From the NCBI GenBank assembly GCA_050084515.1, contig CM114271.1:39866001-39930000 (forward strand): 64,000 bases of DNA. The letters run 5' to 3'. Made by a program: the position numbers and the translations under genes. Numbering within the stretch: the stretch's first letter is position 1; each line of letters opens with the position of its first letter. The DNA is from Blasia pusilla. Its lineage: Eukaryota. Of the stretch, positions 12,130-23,299 are shown in pieces. The notes beneath the pieces were generated by a model. It was given only the letters and a program-made list of their open reading frames with translations. It was not told the DNA's origin and did no database searches.

Positions 12130-12645
12130 TGTCACATTTTTTTAGGATAGATCGGTGAGATCTAGTAGAGCGCCTTCGTGAGTAGTGGAGGACACGCTCA
12201 GTAGATCGAGGATGACGTGCTGAGGCCCTCAGGAAACCTGAGAGAGCAGGTTTCCCCTTCGTTTCGGCTCATTTGGAGCCATATTGAGGAACTTACTATT
12301 TTAGGTAAGTACCATTTTGAGTATATGATCGACTTTCTATTTTTGGTAAGTGGCCCTTGACCTCCTACATCAGGTCAAGAGCCAAGGAGGTGACTTGGGA
12401 GAATAGGTTATCATGGAGAGAGCTTCGGAGAGGGGAGGGGTATACCTCAACAAGAGAGAGCTTGAGAGCTCATTCTCTTTTTGTTGAACCTCTTCGCATG
12501 AGGTGGCGGAGCTATGGTCCCTTGCCTTGTGAGTGTAATCCAAGCCTCTCATTAGGAGAGTGGGTTTGTTTTGACATGAGAGAGAATGCACACATTTGAG
12601 AGCTATGGTGTGAGATGGTGTAGAGAGAGATTGGATCTTACTTTA
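12130..12645 (+). repeat. Terminal repeat A2
   Basis: Starts TGTCAC; direct repeat of 42-554. Confidence 0.93.
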
Positions 12646-12773
12646 ATTGGAGATATTTTAGTACTTCTTGTCTCGTTGTTTGGATGCCATGAGTTAGCAT
12701 GGGATCGTGCGTATTTGTGTGTATGTTCAGTGACAGCGATGTATGTTGTGTAGCGATGTGTATGTGCACGACA
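12646..12773 (+). repeat. Terminal repeat B2 (128 bp), right end of the element
   Basis: Direct repeat of 12000-12127; ends in CA next to the TSD. Confidence 0.92.
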
Positions 12774-15196
12774 CATTAGTCCGTGTGGCTGCAGTGGGTT
12801 TCACATAACCCTAAGGACCAACGGTTGGGAGAGATCACCCTGTCTTACAATATCCAACGGTTGGGAGAGACCATGTCAGAAAGAAATAACCCCTACTCGT
12901 ATTTGCCAAAAATGCCACGTGTCGACAGGAGGAATGTTTGCGCATCCGAGAAGCAACTCTCCCATAATTATAAGATTATTAAAAAAAATTAATATAAAAG
13001 ACTTCACATGGCGTTCATCGGGAGCCTTTTACGATATGATGATGTAAGAACCTGTAGTTTAGGACGCAAGGCAAAGGCAAGAGTGTAGCGAAGATATCAT
13101 CATCGGAAAAACATTACGGGATCAAGTCACCTGATCTCCAACCATTGGAGAGTTCCAAGTGGTCTCCTATTTCTCAGGAGGATTGTATGCAATTAAGTAA
13201 GTGGAAGAAATTGCACTTCCAAAGTAGTGTAGCTTGGGGGGAGAGACTTACACATGAGCACGCCCGTGGCTTTGAACACGCGATCAAAGATTCCATGCTC
13301 GCTAGAGGACTTCTTGCATCACCAGATCATGGATATGTTCCTAAACCCGTTGAAGGCTTCAAAGAGGACATTCTTATAGACGTCCTCGGCACACAACCAT
13401 ATCAGCTGAGGAGGCACAAAGATGAGAAAAGAGACACCATCGAGGGCGAATCAACAAAAAAATCGCAGAGAACCCCATATCCCCGCATGCACGAGAGGTG
13501 CTCACCATCTCTGAGTAGACGGCCTCTCGAGAATGATGGCCCGACAACACCCACCCCAAATTCAGAAGCCACGAAGAAGGCAGGTCAAAAAGATGTGGTA
13601 GTAAATATCCATATTGTCCTCTAATCTTGGTTGTAGGGAAGACCTGAAGATGCTAAAGAGTAGAAGCTAACGAGAATTTACATATAATTCAACTTTCAGG
13701 AATGGAAGCTACTTGGGGTTGCAATTTGATGATTTGTGTGTGTCTCTTAACCCTATCCCTGTCTTACAGCACTCAACTTGAGCATTAAAAGACTACCTTC
13801 CCGTGGATTTAGGTACTCAACTCGAGTACTTTAGGGTTCCCAAACGGGTACCACTATTGCAAAGTCAACATATCCCATCAAGGGCATCTCACGAAGTCCC
13901 TTTCCATCCGCAAAATCTCACGAAGTCCCGTGCACCCGTGGATGTGCATATCTAAATACTACACTTTACAAAAAGATGGAAAAGTTCAAAAGCATTGGAT
14001 GTGCAGTGGAGCAAAAGCCACGGGACAAAATGGACAACTTGCACACAATGTGGAGCGACCTACATCAAGGTCAAGCAACCAAAAAAGTCTAGCACGGAGC
14101 AAACCCAGACGCACAAGCAGGCTAAGCCCATCGTAGGCACATGGCTGCAGTAGCGTCCAGAACCCTGGGTGTAGTAGCAGCGCACAATCAACCCATGCAC
14201 GCAAACATGTAAGACAGGGAACAACAAGAGATAGGCGATCAAATATGGTGCTCCCACGGGAGCCGGTGCTACCATAACTATGTACACATGGAGCAAACGC
14301 GGCTACAAGGCCATGGAGCAAATGCGCAAAGTGGCCGTAAGGCCGCGGAAGAACACTAGAAGAATCCAGCAAGGAGCGCGGCCGCACGGGAATAAAATAT
14401 CCAACCCAGTAAGCCCAAGAGACACACATGCGCGCCGTAAGCCACTCCAACACACTCGAACACACATGCGCGCACATGGACACCATCAAAAGTACAAACA
14501 ATCCACACACATGCGCGGGAGAGAACACTCGAGCGTGCGCAACAACACCATAAACAAGGTCCGTGCGAGTTTGGACAAACTGCCGCTAGAGCACCCTCAA
14601 GCCTCCGTAGCAACCAAACACAATGACTTCCGTACGATGTTGGACGTGGGGGCGCTCCACACACATGTGCAATCAAGCGCAAGTGCACCCAAGTCTGAGT
14701 GTTGAGAACCGTTGAGGGCCTAAGATGCAGGAGACGAACTAGGCGGAGAATAGACGAGGAGCACAAAATCGCGAAGGGGAGAATGAGAGACTAGACCCCT
14801 AGCGTCGAAGACTCAAGGGGGGGAACATGAAGGGGGCTAGGGGGAGAATGTCCTGCTCGTGGCCCTCTTCGTCCGGAATAAAAACTGACTCCGTCCGATC
14901 CAAGATCTGACGGCCCTCATGGTCATAACCGTTAGATCCGCCATTTATGGATCTGGCGGCAGCTCAGCCTCTGCCCATCCAATCTAAATCTAACGGTGGG
15001 ATTCACCCAGACCGTTAGATTGGTGTGTTTCATCCTGGCCACACGATCTCAAGAAGAAGTGGCGGCAGGGGATAGGTGTGGGAGGTGTAGTCAGGTTTGG
15101 GTTGCCGAACCTAGCCGAGGCCTATTTTCTTTTTTAAAAGAAAGTCTTTTCCAATTTTTTTCCCTCTACTATTAATTTAGAAAAAATAAATCTTTT

Positions 15197-15553
15197 TAAA
15201 ATCCTAAAATCCTCTCTAAAATTTGTTTCTCTCTCCCTCTAAAATTTCTTATCTCAATAATTTTCAATCTTAGAAATTAATACTAATTTTTTTTAACTCC
15301 TAAACTCTTCCTCTAAAATTCCTTTCTCTCTTCTTCTAAAATTTCTTACCTCTGTAATTTTCAATCTTATAAACTAATATTAATCTTTTTTAGCTCCTAA
15401 ATTCTTCCTCTCAAATTCCTTTCTCTCTTCCTCTAAAATTTCTTACCTGCGTAATTCTCAAACTTAGAAATTAATATTAATCTCTTTAACTCCTAGACTC
15501 TTCCTCTAAAATTCCTTTCTCTCTTCCTCTAAATTTCTTAACTTTGTAATTTT
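15197..15553. repeat. About 96-bp CT/AT-rich tandem repeat, roughly 3.7 copies
   Basis: a(a/g)ctccta recurs at 15295, 15392 and 15488. Confidence 0.85.
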
Positions 15554-15841
15554 GATCATTATTCTCTTCGTAGTTTGTTTAGTAAGTATTGAATGTTTTT
15601 TGAAAATTATTGTCTCTACCATTAATTTAGAATAAAATTCTCTTTAATTGATTTTCACCTTGATTGACAGCAGATTATCTATTGTTCATCTATTTTATCT
15701 TCATTTTTTCAAGTAACAACTTTCATAAATAGTTTTGAGGTGTATCATGTAGATGGCGAGTATCGATGGATTATTATGGAACATGTAGAGACGGTGTCGT
15801 ATAGTAAAATCAACCAGTGTGTAAACTCCTTCCTTGTTAAG

Positions 15842-16893
15842 TGTTAGATAGAGTTTTATTAGTATTAAGTAAATTAGCTTATGAAAAGGAAATTCTCATG
15901 TTTAAACTTCTTTATGGTGCCTCTTTTATGCAGCCCAACTTTAGGAAAAGAGGTAATAAATAAAAGATGATTTTATAAAAGTAAAGTAGTGAGGTTGGTG
16001 CTTTAATGAAAAGCAAAAGAAGTCTTGGTTGGTGGCTAGGTTAGTTGGGATAATTTGGAAAATATCAAGTGGGTAAAAGGATATTTTGGAAGAGATAAGA
16101 GGAAATTTATTTGTGTCAAAATGTGATTGGTTAAGCCTTGAGAGGAAGTCATATGGCACAAGATAAGATTAGCTCTATTTTGTACTCTTGTGGATCGCTT
16201 ATGAATATATAAAAAGGAGGGACCTTCAAAGGTTCATCATCTTTTATTCCATATCTTGAGTCTCTCGTGTCACTCTTGAGTATATGGCTTTGGGATTGCT
16301 TGCTCTTCCAATGAGAGTGGATCATCCCTCTTGGGAGAGTAACTTGACCATGGTCATTTCTTCGAGAGGTTTCTAGAGTGTGGTGTGTGTGTGGAGATGA
16401 GAGGCTTGTCACCTTAGAGGAGTTTAGTCATAATAAAATAGTGAATGTTTTGGCTTGTTATTTTCCCAATGAGAGTGGATTATCCCTCGTGGGAGAATAG
16501 TTCCGTCAAAACCCATTCTTCAGGAGAGTAGAGAATGTCTATCAAGCATGGATAAAGGTGGAGCACGAGTTGTGCCCGACTTTCCTTTCCTCAATCCATA
16601 CCATGTCAAGGTACTCTTTGTAGATAGGCACTGGTTCACTCGCTATTTAGTTTTATCACTTTGGGGAGACGTTCATGAACCAGATCATGCAATCTCCAAC
16701 TCCGGTGATCCTTCCTATTATCACATATGGAAGGACATGAGATTGTACTTTGTATGTCCTTATATAACGATCCATAAATGTCAATAGGCATGCTCAAGTA
16801 GGGTTTAACAGTAGTTGTGCTATCTTTCTCGCATACAAACGTAAAATAGTTTATAGGGATTTTATAGTTAGGAATTTCGGGGTCCGATGTTAC
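15842..16893. mobile_element. Possible solo LTR
   Basis: Begins TGTTAG, has TATATAAAAAGGAGGG at 16206, and ends ggggtccgatgttacg (like ...TGTTACA). No convincing TSD. Confidence 0.4.
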
Positions 16894-18339
16894 GAAAAGT
16901 GATCGCCTCAGCATTTCCATTTGTGATACCTGTCGTGAGAGCATAAAGAGTATACATAATAATTTTGTATTGAAAAAAGAGAACTTCTCAGAGAGTTCAT
17001 CTTGCATCGACCACGTGTGCCATAGCTACAAGGCCTGCCCTTACTTGAAGAAAGGCTCTTGACACGACAACGGCCTCTAGGTGTTATCACAAATATAACA
17101 TTTTTGCAACAAATTTCAGAGAGATAACTCGAAAATTTGAAGAACACATCTCCAATGTGAGCACCTTTTTTTCTAGAGTAGGGGTAGAAGCAATATATTT
17201 CCATTCCAAAATCAAACCTTACATGCTATTTTTTGTATTTATAAATTATAATCATGCAATCCTTGTAATTGTTGCACATACTTCCTGTCCCATCAAATCC
17301 TACAGATTTACGTGACTTTCAAAAAATTGATGTGTGTGAATGCACAATGAAAAAGGTGTGCCCATCGCAAGGAAATCTTAGCAAAACAAACACATGTTGA
17401 AGATGAACTCCCCGCCGAAACATCTCCAACGTAAGTTCAATAGATTGAAGATCATTTAGCATGTCCAAATTTCCATCATATATATATATATAATCTCCAC
17501 TTCTTTCTTTGCTCTTAACATTTTTTTGATGTTGCAGACTTCCCATTCTATTGAATCCTGTTGATATATGTGATTTTCGGAAGGTTCTCCGTGGCAAAGC
17601 CCACAAACAAAAACGTGTTATTCGTGATGATAAAATGGAAGCTCTCAAAGAAAGAAAACAATGATATATTATCTAGAGTATAAAAAAAAACAAAGGCGAA
17701 TCATGCTCAAGTTTGGCCTACCTTGATGGTCGAGAGTATTACAACTATTCCAAATAAGGAGGTTCTAACTATTGATAGTCAATTCATCAAGTATAAATAT
17801 ATATTCATAAGTCAACTCAAAATATTTCTTTCTTTCATTTGCACCGATTTTTTATAACATGTGGATAAGTTTTTCAGGCCTTCCACTGAGGGCGGAGTAA
17901 TATTAGGAGAAAGTTAAGAAGTCTATTTTCAATCGATAGAGTATTTGTCACCAAGACTTGAGTTGGTTGATAATGCATTCGAGGAAGTGGAGGAGAATAC
18001 ATCGACATTGGGGCCAACTACTTATATCACACGAGGAGGTGAGTTACCTACCACTCTTCCTATTATGGTTGAACATGAAGTTATTGGAAATTCTTTGACT
18101 CTTCCGCAACTTGGGGATGAAGTAAGGTCAAGAGTAGATCCCGTTTCTTCTAATGGAGTTGTGTTATCTCCAGAAAGTGCCACTGTATCCAACGCCTCAG
18201 GAATTTTTCTGTTGTCTACTGTTAATAGGGTTGTAAGATTAAATACATTCCTCAATCTTGCTAAGAGACCAAATTTCCAAGAAAGTGATATTAAGAAGTT
18301 GCGATTACAAAGGAGTTTAAATCGTACCAATGGTCATCA

Positions 18340-19140
18340 TACATTGGGTTCTATGATAGAGATATGTCCCTCATATCGGGCTTTGCATTTGAAATGTGAA
18401 ATGGTCAAAGATACAAAGTTGAGTGACTCACCATATAGGATATGTTATGGCCATGGGAGAATACATTTACCACTCTTGAAATCTTCTCCTCCATTTCTGA
18501 AATCCTTGATTTTGCATGTTGGTTCTATAAGTCTTCATTTTCTTACACGTGCTCGAGCTTACAACTCTGCACTTCAATTTGCATCTACTGGGGTGCATGT
18601 AAACGAACTAATTGGTGGCATTGCGCACTTTAGGGTCTAAGGTGGGATCTATCATTCTATTGTGCCCTTACATCCTGATATAAGGGAGCATCCCCAATTT
18701 TCTCAACTTTATATCCATGATATTGCAAATGAATTGGAGAATTGTGATAGAGTTATGTCTAGAGGATCTTCTGATCTTAATTAATATACATATTTTGAAG
18801 GGTCTACAAGACATGTTACATGAATGCAATCCATATATGAAGATCTTTTGCCATATGGGTTATGAAGCAAGTGACCATAAAACGCGGATCATCCTCAAGG
18901 CAAGTAAGAGAGGGCTTGATGCAAAACGTTATAACTTATCAGTTGCTTATGGGGTTGTTGTTATTTTTCCCGGTGATGGAAGTGAGCATGTTGACCATCA
19001 AGATATTATTGTGCGACTTCATGGAGGACATATGAGGCATATATCTTACCTTAATGAAGCATATATTCCGTTACACTTTGTTCTATTATTTATCTATGGT
19101 GAAGCAGGTTGGCATCCTGGAATACCCTTTGGGAGAATTG
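18340..19140 (+). pseudogene. Helitron Rep/helicase N-terminal fragment
   Basis: ICYGHGRIHLPLL..PPFLKSL, FLTRARAYNSALQFASTG, FRV*GGIYHSI.PLHP, PQFSQLYIHD, LQDMLHECNPY, RYNL, DIIVR, AYIPLHFVLLF.YGEAGWHPGIP. Disrupted by a stop and a frameshift; no helicase follows. Confidence 0.88.
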
Positions 19141-20106
19141 GAGGCTATAGAGAATCGAAAAGTCAAATATGAATGGGAAGATATTTGAGACAAGTCTAGA
19201 AATAAGCACCTCTCCAATTTTATTTCTAAGATGAGCAAAGGAACGCGCTCCATCAACTTATCAATTTTTGGATCTATAGGGAGTCCACAAGCTAGAGAAT
19301 TGTCCAACAACCAATATTTTATGGCTTATCTTAATCAAGTAGCTAGGCAAGGTCCAACTGGGATTCAAGACCATCAAGCATCATTTGGTCTACTACCATG
19401 GTAAAATTATTCGATTGTTCTAAAAGCAAGAGTATGTGCAAGTAGTAATTCTAGATCATCATATCCTATTCACTATTAGGAATAAGAGGCATATGCACAT
19501 TGATCATTTTGCGAGTCCTTTTTCACATTGATGACAACTTTTGTTAGTCCACTTTAGGCGAGACGTTTTTTAGTCCAATACGAGTCGACTCTAGTTTGCA
19601 ACCATTCCAAACCTTTTAAGTCAATTACCATTAAGTTACGAGTCTCACACACTTGCAAGTGTTGCAAAACGTAAAAGAATCGCAAATACCTTGCATTTCA
19701 ATTTGCAAATATATCTCGCAAATGACTTAAAAAGTACAAGTTTGAAGCATCAATGATTGTAACTTCCATGAGACAAAACAAACTTCACAAAACTCTCCCA
19801 AAGCAAGAGTTTCTACTAGATGCACATGCAAAGTGATATGTATATACAATGACTCAAACTTACAAACTCTTGCAAATGACTTACAAAGTTGCAACTTTTT
19901 TTGGGTAATTTACAACCACCTTGTGAGCCTTGTGGGACTAACGTGCAAGTGTAGAAAGTGGAACTTTTAAGCTAGTCCAACTCTGAGGTTCGGAGTGTAT
20001 TGTGATTGCATGACTCGTAGAGTTGCAAGTCTATTGCAGCTATAGAAAAAACTACATTACGGCTAAGTTATGACTTCCGTAGCTTGCAAAGTGGTAGCAA
20101 ATGTAG

Positions 20107-20421
20107 TACCATGGTTGCACATAAACAGAAAAGTTCGTCCCTAAGACGGACAAGTCTGGCCATGTCCCATTATTTGTAAGATGTGGGATCCACACTTATA
20201 GTTAAAAATGAAAGGCACGGCAAGGGTGAGTGGGGCAATAAGGGGTGAGGGATTGGAGGTGGAAGGTGGAAGGAGGAAGAAATGGGAGAATATGGAACAC
20301 GAAGGTAAGTTAGAGGAATGAGAAAGAAGGGGAAGGTAGGGCCCATATGGACAAGTCATTCCATGAGACAGACATGGACGTGTTCACGGACATGAACTTT
20401 ATCTACATGCAACCTAGTGTA
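20107..20421. mobile_element. MITE-like non-autonomous DNA transposon (about 315 bp)
   Basis: Imperfect TIRs taccatggttgcac...aaagttc and gaacttt...atgcaacctagtgta. GTAG flanks both sides, though a TA duplication is an alternative reading. Its left part resembles the reverse complement of ~29340-29490. Confidence 0.6.
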
Positions 20422-22402
20422 GTAGGGTTTTGAATTGCTACCAAGAGATTTATGCTATAAATTATGATCTCAACTCCTATATTATTAAGCTCAATTTTGA
20501 AATGGATCAAATTCTTATTCAGGTGATGAGAAACCAATTTTTTTACATAAAAGCTTAAAATCATGAGATGTGGATTTCTAAATCCAAGGCCAATTCAACC
20601 ATTGCAAGAGGTGAATCTTGCCAAAATTCAGAGTGAGGAAGAAACTACTTGGTTGCATGAGGATTTAGATGCATAAAATTTGGGATCAAATTTTTGTTGA
20701 TATGTTTATTAGAAAGCCTAATTTTTTTCGAGATATTGAGGATGAAATAATGTAAAAATAAGCATAAAAGCAAAGGATATAAGGAGAGAATAAAAAAAAA
20801 AATCAATGAGAGTTTCAAGTATCCAATGTGGCATGGTCTCCAAATTATATGGATTATATTAACCATGATAGTAGTAGTAAAGACACCCATGGTGAGAATT
20901 CTAAAATGGAATATTCCAATAGTTCTTTATAGCTCAGGTGCATAAGAGGAATTGAAACACAAGGTTGACTAGGTTTAGATTTTGTTGTCAATTGTGGCTT
21001 TGATCTTGAATGTCAATGGTTAGAGAGATCGAGAAAAGTAAGTCCACGAGAGACAATGGTAAGGTCAACAAAGAAAAATTTTAGAATCTTACTATAAGTG
21101 GTATATGTATATATCTTTTAAATTAACTTTACAAGCAAGTTCTTAGGGATTTTAGGCGAGATTTTCTCCATCAATATATGCTAATGAGCAAAATATTTTT
21201 TATTGAAAATTGCCATTCTGTTTCATTTCCAATTCTATACATTTTTTTAGAAATGCATCCAAGCTTCTCTATATTGTTGTTTTAGAACATCTTTTGATTT
21301 CCAAACTGCTCTCCTTTTGACTCTCATCCTTTTGGACCGATCAATTCTTGACATGTGGCCATTTCCTACAAAAGTCAATCATAGGGATAGTAAGTTAGGG
21401 GCCAAATTCAGACACGTGGGATGCCCATTTAGAGGAAGTAAGGCTAATTATGGGTAATTCAAATCACCCATCATTAACCTCGTGCATTGCATTAGTATCT
21501 ACTATTTTTGTCTTACAAGAGTTGTTCTCTACAATAAATAAAGCCATCTCCCATTTTTTAAAATAAAAATTCTCACATTTAAAAGGATTCCACAAAATCA
21601 TGAGGACAGACGTCTCTCAATGCATCTAATTTTTTTAAAATAATTAATAATTTTAAGAAATACATGGAATGGCTACCCATCAAAGATTACTTCAGTTTGT
21701 TGAAAATTTGCATTTCTAAGATAGACCTCGAGAAATGTACTTGCATATGGAATTTTTTTCCAATTCTTTCACACAAATTTAGAGGCTAGTCTTTGATTGA
21801 GTTTTTGTACATACATACATACACAAAAAAATGTCATCGTGCCTATTTATTCTCAGGTTTTCTAACCCGAGATCGAGTTAGTTAACCTTGGCTTCTCCTT
21901 GGGATTATCCTTAAAAGTAAAACTAAAATGTTTATGTTTCCCTTCATCGAGTAGGAAGGTAGACCACATTTGATAACTCCTCCCCTATTGAGCAAGTGAT
22001 CGTGGGCTCGAATCCGGCTGTGCATACTTCATCTTGTCCTTGTATCGCTTTCCACTTAACTGGACTTTTACCCTTCTTGACCTAAGCCGAGGATGAATAG
22101 ACGCGAGGAAGAATGTTGAGAGATAAATTGGTGGTACCATGAAAATATTTTTTTATTGAGAAAATTTTGTTGCATGATCTCTATTCATCTTAAAGATTTC
22201 ACTTTAGGTGCATAAGAGAATGGTTTGAGAAAAGTTGTGATGAATGTTTAATATAAAAAAAATTGCTCCAAAGTTCTTGTAAGCCATTTTTAAAAATTTA
22301 TTGTAATACTAGAATGATCCATTGATCTCTTGCAAATAATCATATTATAAAATAGGTTACCTCTACGAAGAAATATACTTGAAATTAATAGAAATCCACC
22401 AA

Positions 22403-22426
22403 TCTCTCTCTCTCTCTCTCTCTCTC
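22403..22426. repeat. (TC)12 microsatellite
   Basis: Direct reading. Confidence 0.95.
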
Positions 22427-23299
22427 AAGAAAGCTAGCTTGCACAAATATGTAGAGTGAGAGTGTTGGCCCCATATTTCTTATTTTTTAAAGTAAGAAAT
22501 ATCAACATGTAATCCCATAAATTTCAATTTTTACTATGTTGTATCCTCTTTGATGGGTTTTAGTTCTTTCTCCAAGATAAGGTGCAACTTGTCATTGCAT
22601 ACAAAATCTCTTGTTGTATTCAACACTTTATGGTAGGGGATAGGAGATTTTACTACTTTTTTAAGAAGAAGCATTAGTAGAGCCTCTACTAACTTTCTAT
22701 ACTGCTAATGGTCCTTTTCAAGAGATCAATTTTTGGATATTCACTTCATATTGTGATAGCCTCAATTGCATATGAACACCATAAAAAATCATGTACATAT
22801 ACATTGAAATGCTTCTCTTATCTATAAGCCATTCTTTCCTTGGGTATTTCTTTTACTCAATATATTATCTACTATTTAAGATTTTTGGTGATCATTAGTG
22901 AACGTCTGTGCGATCCATGGATTAATCATGGGTAATTTAAATTACTAATCATTAACAAAAAAATATGATAAATAAATTAACCAATCCCCAAAATTATTAA
23001 GTGACCTCTTCAATCGACTTTGACTTATCCCATTGGTTGAGAGATTGAGCAATCCTATTCCTTGAGAGAGCCATATGTCAAGAGGAGAGATGGTAAAAAA
23101 TCAAGACGACATTCTTCAATAATCATGTAGATTAATTCTATCTCTCATCAGTCAATCATGGCTCTCTTATCTTGTGAGTGTATCATTGTGTGTGTTAGTG
23201 GGTTTCTCTGCGATATACTTGTACCATCAATGAATGTACATGTCATGTCTACAGAAAAAGCTATTTGGAGAATATTTCAATAGAGTAAGGTAACTATGT

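Larger units (their letters stand above)
42..12773 (+). mobile_element. Ty3/Gypsy-type retrotransposon copy 1 (decayed), carrying a C5 DNA methyltransferase and a PHD finger, with split-direct-repeat ends
   Basis: Starts TGTAACG (42) and ends CACGACA (12773). Flanks are CGTT (38-41) and CATT (12774-12777), a 4-bp TSD with one CpG-type transition. Domain order is PR-RT-RH-INT (Gypsy order). Collinear with copy 2 at 38873-47415. Confidence 0.93.

Noticed and set aside
42-12645. Ordinary LTR pair A1/A2 defining the element as 42-12645
   Set aside because: A2 does not end in CA, no TSD follows it, and no PPT precedes it. The TSD lies after B2 in both copies.
42-12773. DIRS/Ngaro tyrosine-recombinase element
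   Set aside because: Despite the split repeats it encodes a protease and a DDE integrase, has a TSD, and shows no tyrosine-recombinase motifs. Its MTase is C5-type, not the Dam-like type of DIRS.
12780-14850. ORFs at 13145-13624 and 13986-14766, and PPT-like AGGGGGAGAATG motifs near 14775 and 14839
   Set aside because: Suggestive of another retroelement remnant, but I found no protein motif, paired LTR or TSD.
15197-15553. CRISPR-like array (also considered for 48285-48665 and 54640-54890)
   Set aside because: These are degenerate head-to-tail tandem units without unique spacers, there are no cas genes, and the context is eukaryotic.
21950-22030. tRNA or SINE suggested by the B-box-like GGGCTCGAATCC
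   Set aside because: No cloverleaf, clear A-box, tail or TSD.
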